Of a stretch of 64,000 nt of DNA, positions 51,724 to 64,000 are shown one piece after another. The first letter of the stretch is position 1. Each line of letters begins with the position of its first letter. The notes under the pieces are model-generated. The model worked only from the letters and a program-made list of their open reading frames with translations, did not search any database and was not told where the DNA came from. The stretch lies in NCBI GenBank assembly GCA_051362555.1, contig CM120649.1, positions 10,354,001 through 10,418,000 of the forward strand. Reading direction: 5' to 3'. This stretch comes from Lingula anatina. Lineage: Eukaryota; Animalia; Brachiopoda. The translations under genes and the position numbers were made by a program.

Positions 51724-54288
51724 ATGGTCACCTCAGGTGACACCAGATCAACCCTATTTTGTGATAATATTGATAAACAAGAAAGTGACAAAATTTTGCA
51801 ATACATTGGTAATCTTAACATAAATGATGTCTGTAAGGAGAAAATAGATTTTATCACAGAAAAAATTGCTGAAATTTTGCTTAACTCAGCTAAATTAGCG
51901 CTAGGGACATACAAGTATAGAATTAGTAACAAAAATGAAATTCTTAAGAAAAGGAAAAATAATGTATGGTTTGACAAAAAATGTTTAGAAACTAAAAAAC
52001 AATACAGAAGAGCAAAAAGGTTATACAATAAGTACGGGTCAAATATTTTCAAAAGTGAACTTAGAAAAGCAGAAAAGTGCTACAAGACCACACTAGATAA
52101 TAGAATAAAAAAGCATAGAATAACTATTATGAACAAAATAAGGAAACTCAGGTATGCAAGTCCAAAGGAATATTGGAAAATATTAAACAAAAAATCTGAA
52201 CAAAGACTGGAAATAAAAAACCTAGACGAGTTTTACAATTATTTCAAGGAAGTAAACAGTAGTGTAGATGGAAATAACCCACCGAATTATAACCATAACC
52301 AGATAAATAATGAAATGCTTAATGAACCAATTACTGAAACTGAAATCCAAAACACAATAAAAAAATTAAAGAAAAATAAAAGTGCTGGTGCTGACAAGAT
52401 ATTGAATGAGTATATTATCTCTTCTGCCAGCACTATGATGCCAATCTATAAAAAATTATTTAATTTGGTATTAGATACTGGTATTTTACCAGAAGCATGG
52501 TTAATAGGCACTATAATCCCAATCTATAAGCAAAAGGGAAACATAAATGACCCAAAGAACTATAGGCCAATTACTTTACTCAGTTGTCTGGGTAAAGTAT
52601 TCACTTCTATATTATGTAAAAGACTAACTGATTACTCTGACAACGTTATGCTGTTACAGGAAAACCAAGCTGGCTTCCGAGCCAACTATTCTACCATTGA
52701 TCACATATTTACATTAAATACACTTATAGACATTTCAGTTGCATCAAAAAAGAAATTATATTGTGCTTTCATAGATCTAAAAGCAGCTTTTGATAAAATA
52801 TGGAGGGCAGGGTTATGGGGGAAGCTAATGAACCACAATGTAAATGGAAAATGTCTGAACGTTATTGTAAACATGTATAATGGCTGTAAATCTAGAATAT
52901 CTTTAAATGGTATTTTATCGGAATATTTCCCATGCAAAACAGGAGTACGACAGGGCGAAAACCTATCACCCTTCTTATTCTCAGTATTTCTAAATGATCT
53001 TGAAGAATTTCTAATCCAAAAAGATGTCACAGGCTTAACACATGTAACAGATGAACTAGAACATGAACTACACATATTAATGCAAATAATGATCATACTA
53101 TATGCAGATGATACGGTTCTCCTAGCAGATTCAAAAGAAAACCTACAATATCAACTTAATTGCTACTCCACCTACTGTCAAATATGGAAGTTAGAAGTAA
53201 ATGTAGAAAAGACAAAAATCATGATAGTTTCTAAGGGCCGCACCCAAAAGAATATAAAATTTACTTTTAATAACCAAAATGTAGAAATAGTTAATTGTTT
53301 CAAGTACTTAGGAGTTTATTTCTCTAAAACGGGATCATTTTCAGAAACAAAAAGGTATTCAGCAAAGAAAGCAACTAAAGCTATGTATGGGATATTTAAG
53401 AAAGCAAGGCATCTAAATCTAAGCATTGTTGATCAGCTATATCTCTTTGATAAGATTATTGTTCCGATTTTATTATATGGGTGTGAAGTATGGGGATTTG
53501 GTAATTTAGAAATCATAGAACAGGTGCACTTGAAATTTTGTAGATATCTATTAAATCTAAAAACCAGCACTCCCAAGATAATGATATATGGGGAATTAGG
53601 TAGAATGCCATTAAGTATTATTATAAAAGGAAGAATTGTATCATTCTGGATAAACTTGCTCACAGGTAAACAAAGTAAATTTTCATATATATTGTATCAA
53701 CTCGTTTATAACAAATTTATGCAGGGATGTGAATGTAAGTGGATGGGAAATCTGAAATCCATTCTGGATAACTGTGGTTTAAGTAATATATTTAGCACAC
53801 AGGATGTCTGTAACAAGGAATGGCTTATAAATTGTGTTAAACAGAAATTGCAGGATCAGTATATACAAGAATGGAATTCAGATTGTAACAACTCTAGTAA
53901 AGGGTTAAGCTATAGTATTTTTACAAACTCAGAGTTTAAATGCAGGAATTATATACTTTCTACTTTATGTACACACAAAATAATTACAATAGTTAGATTC
54001 AGAACAACAAATCATAGATTACCAATTGAAACGGGCAGATGGAAAAAAATACCTAGAAATTTGAGATTATGCAACTTGTGTAAAAATGAAATAGGGGATG
54101 AATTTCATTATGTCTTTAGATGTACCTTTTTTGCAGAAAGTCGAAACTTATATATTCCAAAAAAAGCATGTATTAGACCGAATGTAATTAAAATGTATGA
54201 AATATTTTCAACGAAAAATAAGAAAAAACTGAATAATTTGTACAAATTCATTAGTATTGTGAATAAAGGGGTCAAGCCTTCAGGTTGA
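51724..54288 (+). CDS. LINE ORF2 lacking the endonuclease: reverse transcriptase plus C-terminal Cys/His finger (RTEX-like)
   Basis: NYRPITLLS, QAGFR, FIDLKAAFD, GVRQGENLSP, LYADD, YLG; HRLPIETGRW..CNLC..DEFHYVFRC. Confidence 0.95.
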   Translation: MVTSGDTRSTLFCDNIDKQESDKILQYIGNLNINDVCKEKIDFITEKIAEILLNSAKLALGTYKYRISNKNEILKKRKNNVWFDKKCLETKKQYRRAKRLYNKYGSNIFKSELRKAEKCYKTTLDNRIKKHRITIMNKIRKLRYASPKEYWKILNKKSEQRLEIKNLDEFYNYFKEVNSSVDGNNPPNYNHNQINNEMLNEPITETEIQNTIKKLKKNKSAGADKILNEYIISSASTMMPIYKKLFNLVLDTGILPEAWLIGTIIPIYKQKGNINDPKNYRPITLLSCLGKVFTSILCKRLTDYSDNVMLLQENQAGFRANYSTIDHIFTLNTLIDISVASKKKLYCAFIDLKAAFDKIWRAGLWGKLMNHNVNGKCLNVIVNMYNGCKSRISLNGILSEYFPCKTGVRQGENLSPFLFSVFLNDLEEFLIQKDVTGLTHVTDELEHELHILMQIMIILYADDTVLLADSKENLQYQLNCYSTYCQIWKLEVNVEKTKIMIVSKGRTQKNIKFTFNNQNVEIVNCFKYLGVYFSKTGSFSETKRYSAKKATKAMYGIFKKARHLNLSIVDQLYLFDKIIVPILLYGCEVWGFGNLEIIEQVHLKFCRYLLNLKTSTPKIMIYGELGRMPLSIIIKGRIVSFWINLLTGKQSKFSYILYQLVYNKFMQGCECKWMGNLKSILDNCGLSNIFSTQDVCNKEWLINCVKQKLQDQYIQEWNSDCNNSSKGLSYSIFTNSEFKCRNYILSTLCTHKIITIVRFRTTNHRLPIETGRWKKIPRNLRLCNLCKNEIGDEFHYVFRCTFFAESRNLYIPKKACIRPNVIKMYEIFSTKNKKKLNNLYKFISIVNKGVKPSG

Positions 54289-54357
54289 TGTATATATATA
54301 TATATGCTCTCTAAACTGTAAATGTACAGTAAATGAGAATAAACTATTTCATTTCAT
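51726..54357 (+). mobile_element. 5'-truncated non-LTR retrotransposon (second RTEX-like family)
   Basis: TSD tagatcat at 51718-51725 and 54358-54365; very short 3' UTR, AATAAA, then an (ATTTC)n tail. Confidence 0.9.
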
Positions 54358-54903
54358 TAGATCATATCAAGAGCTGGTAGTCTTTCAGATTAACTGTCAT
54401 CAGTTGGCAAACTTACTGATTGCTGATGCATTTTAAATGCATTGTAGTTGACCAAAAGCTTGTTTACAACAAACCTGTTAATTATGCACCGCTGCACTTT
54501 CCAACCCAGGTAATAACAGGTATCAAAATCGTCTTGGTGGGCTTTCATATTTTTCAAAATATCTCATTTATTTCATGGGGTGATTTTATTGGTATTTGTA
54601 AATGACGTTTAATATCAATATTTAAACAATTGAGTTCAAACACCGTCGCGAACATTAATAAAAGTAATTGCTCTCAGGGTAACTTGAAGCATACGTATGC
54701 CCAGGCATTTCTTCCGTGGAAGAAAACGTGTTGAAGAACAAACAGAAAAAAAGAGCGGTATATTAAAGAAAAAAATAGGAACTTATGTACTAAAATGGTT
54801 CGTAATCCTAATTCGTTTATGCTTTGAGGATTTGTTTCTGAATGTTATTTCATCTGAAGTATAAAATAATTTAAAAGATTTATCATTTTATACCTTGAAA
54901 TAC

Positions 54904-55179
54904 AAGTCCTTGGATTTGCTAGTCTTTCCAATGTAATTTTCAGTTTTTTCAGTTATATTGTTCTTTTTCCAGAATACCCTTACCATGAAAATGCAGGCAG
55001 TGAAAGACAGCACCAAGAAGAAATATGTCTCACACAAAGCAGAATAGATGTTGGTAGTTATGATGGAACTTTATTATGAAGTGTTATATTAAACCCATAT
55101 AATATATTTGTTCTTTTATGGGTGAAGCTTACCAACTCTGATGAAGAATTGGAATTCCTGTTTACTAAATAATTCCAGA
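54904..55179 (-). repeat. Inverted copy of 57410-57715 (satellite left junction) with a deletion of about 30 bp
   Basis: The reverse complement matches essentially base for base apart from the missing ctctcaacacatggataagacaaagtactgc block. Confidence 0.92.
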
Positions 55180-56019
55180 TAAAATGTTACGCTATTAAAG
55201 AGTCAGTCAATTCTTTAAGGAGCATTTATTTATGGTTATCCCAAGTTGTATAAAACACTGCATTTGAATGAGTAAAAGGTACTGTGGATTATTGCATATG
55301 AGGGCCATGTTATTTGTGAAATTCAATTAATTTTATTAAACCGCTGACACTCCGTCTTGGATACTCTTCTTAAACTGAGGTAAACGATGCCTGTTACCTT
55401 TACAAGTCCCATCTTAATCATCCATCTAACTGGAAATTCCTTTACCTCTTAATTAGAGGGTTAAAAGGCAACTTGTATTGGTAGCCGTATAAATTGATGT
55501 TGTAAAGTAAATGACTTACACTTTCACTAACTGCAGATAAAGATTATAACGGAATCAAACAAGTTAAAGGAAAGGGAGTTATTGAGTGTTGCACCGACAG
55601 ACAACTCACAACGTAAATAACAACAATATATAACAACAACAACAATCTACATGCAATATGGTAACGTGCATATCGGTAACGCAGTGGCGGATTAAGAAGT
55701 TTCTGAAAAATATTTCGCACCAATATTCCCCTCTTGAAATTAGAATTTTGTCTAACCTTTGTATATTTTTAATTGGAAAATCTACTTATTGAAATTATTC
55801 CATTTTTTCACAAAAATTAATATTTTTTTCTTAAGAAAATTAAAGTGAAAGGGAAAAGATTAGAGGGAGAAAAAGAGCAACAATTGAACATACATATTTT
55901 CCCGCAAAATATCCTTTATTACTGTAAAATAATGAAGAACATACATAATATTGGCATGCATGTACCAAAAACAAAAAGACTTTCACTAGTATCTAAAAAT
56001 GAAAACCAATATATCTTCA

Positions 56020-56695
56020 TACATAAAGAATAATGCACCAACTCCAAAAGAATTAACAAAATTTCAAGCATGGCATTACAGTATGGACAGGCCTCTATAC
56101 AAACAAATAAAAAATACATCAATAGAACAATTTTAAATATCTAATTTCCTTGATCTGAAAACAGTAAAGGAACGAACCTGACAAACTACACTGATATAAT
56201 TTTATTTCCATTTCTTATTCTTTATTTCACAATACACGCTAACAGATTTACCATCATTTTAATGTAAACAACTAACAAAATTGTTAAGATGCAGGAAATT
56301 TCAAAAGAACATGTTTACATATGCAACTAAAAAAGCACTCGGAGAGCACAGACCTCTGCAAAGTCAGCAAAGTCTCCACCCAATGCCGTTTCACTCCTAA
56401 ATTATCATTCTATAATGATTAAGTTTTTTTATTTTTGATTATTGATTGATTATTGATTGATTATTGATCCGGATCACCACAAAAAACTATTCATCTGTTC
56501 TTTGGCCCACACCTGACAGTTCCTGAAAATTTCATCAAAATCGTTCCATGGCCATTTGAGTTATGTGGATGACAGACAAACAGGTAATTAGTTCAATAAT
56601 GAGACGGTTAACATGCCAAAGAATTGAAAATAGCATAGGTGACAGCAATGTACAGACATGGCTGTAAATAAAAATCATATTTAAGTGAATGTTGC
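56020..56695 (-). mobile_element. Degenerate HINE family 2 relic containing an unrelated HINE-like fragment (about 56325-56582)
   Basis: tttaccatcatttt..caactaacaa..gatgcaggaaat and taatgagac.gttaacatgcc..atgtacagaca match family 2; the insert has gatccggatcacca..tttcatcaaaatc..gacagacaaac. Confidence 0.55.
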
Positions 56696-57574
56696 AATGG
56701 TGTGGGACAAATTTTCTTCCAGCCTTCTTAAAGCTTTTATATTTGTACAACATTAATAAAATTTCCATCTGAAGACGTCTATACAAATGTCACATGACAT
56801 ACAGTTTAAAGCCAGAAGGAAAAAGCATTATTATGTCTTGTATATTGTAAAATAAAAATTGATCTTCTACCCTTTTCTGAACCAAGACAAAAGTTCTTGG
56901 AATGTTGAGTACACCAAGCAAGCCAACACAGATGTATTTCTAGGATAATGTATTAAAACAAACTGCAAAATGCTATTTTTGATTTTCATCTGGATTTTTC
57001 ATTTCAACTCCGCTGTTACATTAACTAAGCTGTATCATTTTCCTCACATTTTTAAATACAACAAAAATATCATTATTACGGGTCAGATTATACTTGTCAT
57101 GGAACTTTTTTGTTGGTTGTATTTGCCTTAGCACTTCTTTTAATTCAGTTCCTTAATCCAGTTAATATATGTGCTAACTACTATGTAATAATACAGTCTC
57201 ATGGTTACGTCTTGCAATCTGTAAAGCCTACAGATTAATCAAGATTTTAAAAATCTGTTAACTGATTTCTTATTGTTAAATTAGCAACAAATAAACCAAA
57301 TATTGGTATGAGAGTTCTTTGAGGAATATTTTATGTGCAAGCATGTGGGCTAAAGTTTCTGCAAACAGCAACATCAGCACAAACGCTATATTCAAACAGG
57401 AGGACTGACTCTGGAATTATTTAGTAAACAGGAATTCCAATTCTTCATCAGAGTTGGTAAGCTTCACCCATAAAAGAACAAATATATTATATGGGTTTAA
57501 TATAACACTTCATAATAAAGTTCCATCATAACTACCAACATCTATTCTGCTTTGTGTGAGACATATTTCCTCTC

Positions 57575-60500
57575 AACACATGGATAAGACAAAGTACTGC
57601 TCTTGGTGCTGTCTTTCACTGCCTGCATTTTCATGGTAAGGGTATTCTGGAAAAAGAACAATATAACTGAAAAAACTGAAAATTACATTGGAAAGACTAG
57701 CAAATCCAAGGACTTAAAATAGTTAAACGTTAATAATTTTGTCAAATCTTGTGTAATATTTCTGAAATTTGTACAAATGATGCTTAACAACAATAAAAAT
57801 CTGTGATTAGATGATCTGTTGACTGTATCTAATGAAAAGTGTTTTTTGGGACAACATATTTGGGAAAAATGAAATTTACATTGAAAAGACTGGCAAATCC
57901 AAGGACTTAAAATAGTTAAATGTTAATAATTTTGTCAAATCTAGTCCAGTGTTTCTGAAATTTGTACAAATGATGCCTAACAACAATAAAAACCTGTGAT
58001 AAGCTGATCAAATGACTGTGTCTAATGAAAAGTATCTTCTTTCGACAATATCCTTGAAAAAACTGAAAATTACACTGAAAAATCTGGCAAATTCCATGGC
58101 TTAAAATAGTTAAATGTTAATAATTTTGCAATGTGATTAAAATTAAATAGCAAATGTGATGATTTGAGGTTGTTTGTGTAGGAGGTTGCAAATTACCTAT
58201 AACTGTTATCTGGAAAACAATATATACCCAAACAAGACTTCTTACTATCAATGCCAGCTGCAGATTACTCCTTACAATGGGTTTCTGGAATGGGTTGTTG
58301 TTATCACAACATTTGACAATGTCCTAAATCTTGCCACATATCATGTATTGTACACATGGATAAGACATAGTGCTGCTCTTGGTGCTGTCTTTCACTGCCT
58401 GCATCTTCATGGTAAGGGTACTCTGGAAAAAGAACAATATAACTGAAAAAACTGAAAATAACATTGGAAAGACTGGAAAATCCCATGACTTAAAATAGTT
58501 AAATGTTAATAATTTTGTCAAAACTTGTCCAATATTTCTGAAATTTGTACAAATGATGCTTAACAATAATAAAAATCTGTGATTAGATGATCTGTTCACT
58601 GTATCTAATGAAAAGTGTTTCTTGGGGCAACATATTTGGAAAAACTCAAATTTACATTGAAAAGACTGGCAAATGTCATGACTAAAATAGTTAAACGTTA
58701 ATAATTTTGTCAAATCTTGTCCAATATTTCTGGAATTTGTACAAATGATGCTTAACAACAATAAAAATCTGTGATAAGCTGATCAAATGACTGTGTCAAA
58801 TGAAAAGTGTCTTTTTGTGAAAATATATTTGGGAAAAATGAAATTTACATTGAAAAGACTGGCAAATCCAAGGGCCTCAAATAGTTAAACGTTAATAATT
58901 TTGTCAAATCTAGTCCAGTGTTTCTGAAATTTGTACAAATGATGCTTAACAACAATTAATACCTGTGATAAGCTGATCAAATGACTGTGTCTAATGAAAA
59001 GTATCTACTTTCGACAATATCCTTGAAAAAACTGAAAATTACACTGAAAAATCTGGCAAATTCCATGGCTTAAAATAGTTAAATGTTAATAATTTTGCAA
59101 TGTGATTATAAAATAAAATAGCAAATGTGATGATTTGAGGTTGTTTGTGTAGGAGGTTGCAAATTACCTATAACTGTTATCTGGAAAACAATATATACCC
59201 ATACAAGACTTCTCCTTACTATCAATGCCAGATGCAGATTACTCCTTACAATGGGTTTCTGGAATGGGTTGCTGTTATCACAACATTTTACAATGTCCTA
59301 AATCTTGCCACATATCATGTATTGTACACATGGATAACACATAGTGCTGCTCTTGGTACTGTCTTTCGCTGCCTGCATCTTCATGGTAAAGGTACTCTGG
59401 AAAAAGAACAATATGACGTAAAAAAACTGAAAATAACATAGAAAACACTGGCAAATTCCACGACAAAAAAAAGTTAAACGTTAATAATTTTTTCAAATCT
59501 TGTCCAATATTTCTGAAATTCGTACAAATGATGCTTAACAACAATAAAAATCTGTGATTAGATGATCTGTTGACTGCATCTAATGAAAAGTGTTTTTTGG
59601 GACAACATATTTGGGAAAACTGAAATTTACATTGAACACACTGGCAAATCTCATGACTTAAAATATTTAAATGTTAATAAAATTTTCAAATCTTGTCCAA
59701 TATTTCTGAAATTTGTACAAATGATGCTTAACAATAATAAAAATCTGTGATTAGATGATCTGTTCACTGTTTCTAATGAAAAGTGTTTTTTGGGACAACA
59801 TATTTGGGAAAACTGAAATTTACATTGAAAAGACTGGCAAATCCAAGGACTTCAAATAGTTAAACGTTAATAATTTTGTCAAATCTAGTCCAGTGTTTCT
59901 GAAATTTGTACAAATGATGCTTAACAACAATAAAAACCTGTGATAAGCTGATCAAATGACTGTGTCTAATGTAAAGTATCTTCTTTCGACAATATCCTTG
60001 AAAAAACTGGGTTTCTGGAATGGGTTTCTGGAATGGGTTGTTGTTATCACAACATTTGACAATGTCCTAAATCTTGCCACATATCATGTATTGTACACTT
60101 GGATAAGACATAGTGCTGCTCTTGATGCTGTCTTTCGCTGCCTGCATCTTCATGGTAAGGGTACTCTGGAAAAAGAACAATATAACTGAAAAAACTGAAA
60201 ATAACATAGAAAACGCTGGCAAATTACATGACATAAAATAGTTAAACGTTAATAAAATTTTCAAATCTTGTCCAATATTTCTGAAATTTGTACAAATGAT
60301 GCTTAGCAATAATAAAAATCTGTGATTAGATGATCTGATCACTGTATCTAATGAAAAGTGTCTTTTTGTGACAATATATTTGGGAAAACTGAAATTTACA
60401 TTGAAAAGACTGGCAAATGTCATGACTAAAATAGTTAAACGTTAATAATTTTGTCAAATCTTGTCCAATATTTCTGAAATTTGTACAAATGATGCTTAAC

Positions 60501-63500
60501 AACAATAAAAATCTGTGATAAGCTGATCAGTTGACTGTGTCAAATGAAAAGTGTCTTTTTGTGAAAATATATTTGGGAAAAATGAAATTTACATTGAAAA
60601 GACTGGCAAATCCAAGGGCCTCAAATAGTTAAACGTTAATAATTTTGTCAAATCTAGTCCAGTGTTTCTGAAATTTGTACAAATGATGCTTAACAACAAT
60701 TAATACCTGCGATAAGCTGATCAAATGACTGTGTCTAATGAAAAGTATCTTCTTTCGACAATATCCTTGAAAAAACTGAAAATTACACTGAAAAATCTGG
60801 CAAATTCCATGGCTTAAAATAGTTAAATGTTAATAATTTTGCAATGTGATTATAAAATAAAATAGCAAATGTGATGATTTGAGGTTGTTTGTGTAGGAGG
60901 TTGCAAATTACCTATAACTGTTATCTGGAAAACAATATATACCCATACAAGACTTCTTACTATCAATGCCAGCTGCAGATTACTCCTTACAATGGGTTTC
61001 TGGAATGGGTTGTTGTTATCACAACATTTGACAATGTCCTAAATCTTGCCACATATCATGTATTGTAGACTTGGATAAGACATAGTGCTGCTCTTGATGC
61101 TGTCTTTCGCTGCCTGCATCTTCATGGTAAGGGTACTCTGGAAAAAGAACAATATAACTGAAAAAACTGAAAATAACATAGAAAACGCTGGCAAATTCCA
61201 TGACATAAAATAGTTAAACGTTAATAATTTTGTCAAAACTTGTCCAATATTTCTGAAATTCGTACAAATGATGCTTAGCAACAATAAAAATCTGTGATTA
61301 GATGATCTGTTGACTGCATCTAATGAAAAGTGTTTTTTGGGACAACATATTTGGGAAAACTGAAATTTACATTGAACACACTGGCAAATCTCATGACTTA
61401 AAATAGTTAAATGTTAATAAAATTTTCAAATCTTGTCCAATATTTCTGAAATTTGTACAAATGATGCTTAACAATAATAAAAATCTGTGATTAGATGATC
61501 TGTTCACTGTTTCTAATGAAAAGTGTTTTTTGGGACAACATATTTGGGAAAAATGAAATTTACATTGAAAAGACTGGCAAATCCAAGGACTTCAAATAGT
61601 TAAATGTTAATAATTTTGTCAAATCTAGTCCAGTGTTTCTGAAATTTGTACAAATGATGCTTAACAACAATAAAAACCTGTGATAAGCTGATCAAATGAC
61701 TGTGTCTAATGAAAAGTATCTTCTTTCGACAATATCCTTGAAAAAACTGAAAATTACACTGAAAAATCTGGCAAATTCCATGGCTTAAAATAGTTAAATG
61801 TTAATAATTTTGCAATGTGATTATAAAATAAAATAGCAAATGTGATGATTTGAGGTTGTTTGTGTAAGAGGTTGCAAATTACCTATAACTGTTATCTGGA
61901 AAACAATATATACCCAAACAAGACTTCTTACTATCAATGCCAGCTGCAGATTACTCCTTACAATGGGTTTCTGGAATGGGTTGTTGTTATCACAACATTT
62001 GACAATGTCCTAAATCTTGCCACATATCATGTATTGTAGACTTGGATAAGACATACCTCTGTAGTGCTGCTCTTGATGCTGTCTTTCGCTGCCTGCATCT
62101 TCATGGTAAGGGTACTCTGGAAAAAGAACAATATAACTGAAAAAACTGAAAATAACATAGAAAACGCTGGCAAATTCCATGACATAAAATAGTTAAACGT
62201 TAATAATTTTGTCAAATCTTGTCCAATATTTCTGAAATTTGTACAAATGATGCTTAACAATAATAAAAATCTGTGATTAGATGATCTGTTGACTGTATCT
62301 AATGAAAAGTGTTTCTTGGGGCAACATATTTGGAAAAACTGAAATTTACATTAAAAAGACTGGCAAATCTCATGGCTTAAATAGTTAAACGTTAATAATT
62401 TTGTTAAATCTTGTCCAATATTTCTGAAATTTGTACAAATGATGCATAACAACAATAAAAATCTATGATTAGATGATCTGTTTACTGTATCTAATGAAAG
62501 TGTTTTTTGGGACAATATATTTGGGAAAACTGAAATTTACATTGAAAAGACTGGCAAATCTCATGACTTAAAATAGTTAAACATTAATAAAATTTTCAAA
62601 TCTTGTCCAATATTTCTGAAATTTGTACAAATGATGCTTAACAATAATAAAAATCTGTGATTAGATGATCTGTTCACTGTATCTAATGAAAAGTGTCATT
62701 TTGTGACAATATATTTGGGGAAACTAAAATTTACATTGAAAAGACTGGCAAATGTCATGACTAAAATAGTTAAACGTTAATAAAATTTTCAAATCTTGTC
62801 CAATATTTCTGAAATTTGTACAAATGATGCTTAACAACAATAAAAATCTGTGATAAGCTGATCAGTTGACTGTGTCAAATGAAAAGTGTCTTTTTGTGAA
62901 AATATATTTGGGAAAAATGAAATTTACATTGAAAAGACTGGCAAATCCAAGGGCCTCAAATAGTTAAACGTTAATAATTTTGTCAAATCTAGTCCAGTGT
63001 TTCTGAAATTTGTACAAATGATGCTTAACAACAATTAATACCTCCGATAAGCTGATCAAATGACTGTGTCTAATGAAAAGTATCTTCTTTCGACAATATC
63101 CTTGAAAAAACTGAAAATTACACTGAAAAATCTGGCAAATTCCATGCCTTAAAATAGTTAAATGTTAATAATTTTGCAATGTGATTATTAAATAAAATAG
63201 CAAATGTGATGATTTGAGGTTGTTTGTGTAGGAGGTTGCAAATTACCTATAACTGTTATCTGGAAAACAATATATACCCATACAAGACTTCTCCTTACTA
63301 TCAATGCCAGATGCAGATTACTCCTTACAATGGGTTTCTGGAATGGGTTGTTGTTATCACAACATTTTACAATGTCCTAAGTCTTGCCACATATCATGTA
63401 TTGTACACATGGATAACACATAGTGCTGCTGTTGGTGCTGTCTTTCGCTGCCTGCATCTTCATGGTAAAGGTACTCTGGAAAAAGAACAATATGACTGAA

Positions 63501-64000
63501 AAAACTGAAAATAACATAGAAAACACTGGCAAATTCCACGACATAAAATAGTTAAACGTTAATAATTTTTTCAAATCTTGTCCAATATTTCTGAAATTCG
63601 TACAAATGATGCTTAACAACAATAAAAATCTGTGATTAGATGATCTGTTGACTGCATCTAATGAAAAGTGTTTTTTGGGACAACATATTTGGGAAAACTG
63701 AAATTTACATTGAACACACTGGCAAATCTCATGACTTAAAATATTTAAATGTTAATAAAATTTTCAAATCTTGTCCAATATTTCTGAAATTTGTACAAAT
63801 GATGCTTAACAATAATAAAAATCTGTGATTAGATGATCTGTTCACTGTATCTAATGAAAAGTGTCTTTTTGTGACAATATATTTGGGGAAACTGAAATTT
63901 TCATTGAAAAGACTGGCAAATGTCATGACTAAAATAGTTAAACGTTAATAATTTTGTCAAATCTTGTCCAATATTTCTGAAATTTGTACAAATGATGCTT
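57575..64000. repeat. Satellite array: monomer of about 193 bp in blocks of 2-5 separated by a spacer cassette of about 310 bp; continues past the window end
   Basis: Monomer period 193-194 (57731, 57924, 58118); the cassette motif ttgtgtaggagg at 58174, 59145, 60889, 61860 and 63224, with a truncated cassette at about 60010-60183. Confidence 0.97.

Noticed and set aside
31054-53663. Short antisense and alternative-frame ORFs inside the two LINE ORFs
   Set aside because: Shadow ORFs of the RT frames.
58304-63926. Minus-strand ORFs (MLLSIICTNFRNIGQ...)
   Set aside because: Translations of satellite monomers; lengths vary with random stops.

Overview
AT-rich eukaryotic (animal; invertebrate-like, plausibly mollusc) genomic DNA that is almost entirely transposon- and repeat-derived. 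No intact host gene, RNA gene or CRISPR array is supported. Main contents: (1) two 5'-truncated RTEX-like LINEs with uninterrupted ORFs and target-site duplications (31072-34894, 51726-54357), plus two older fragments; (2) two families of non-autonomous Helentron-type (HINE/DINE-1-like) elements with internal tandem arrays: family 1 in 2 copies with a 146-bp unit, family 2 in 4 clustered same-orientation copies plus a relic; (3) several MITEs, some nested up to three deep; (4) pseudogene remnants of ISL2EU-like YqaJ and THAP genes, CACTA/EnSpm, Kolobok, hAT and Ty3/Gypsy proteins, and a spliced HECT-domain pseudogene; (5) several minisatellites and a satellite of about 193 bp with multi-level higher-order structure running off the right edge. 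I did not find a clearly new biological system. The most interesting signals are internal controls on repeat evolution: empty-site paralogs, a broken terminal hairpin associated with composite elements, HINE-borne DR1 arrays, a MITE-derived minisatellite and an exon-like cassette inside the satellite. All family assignments come from motif recognition by eye, not from database searches.
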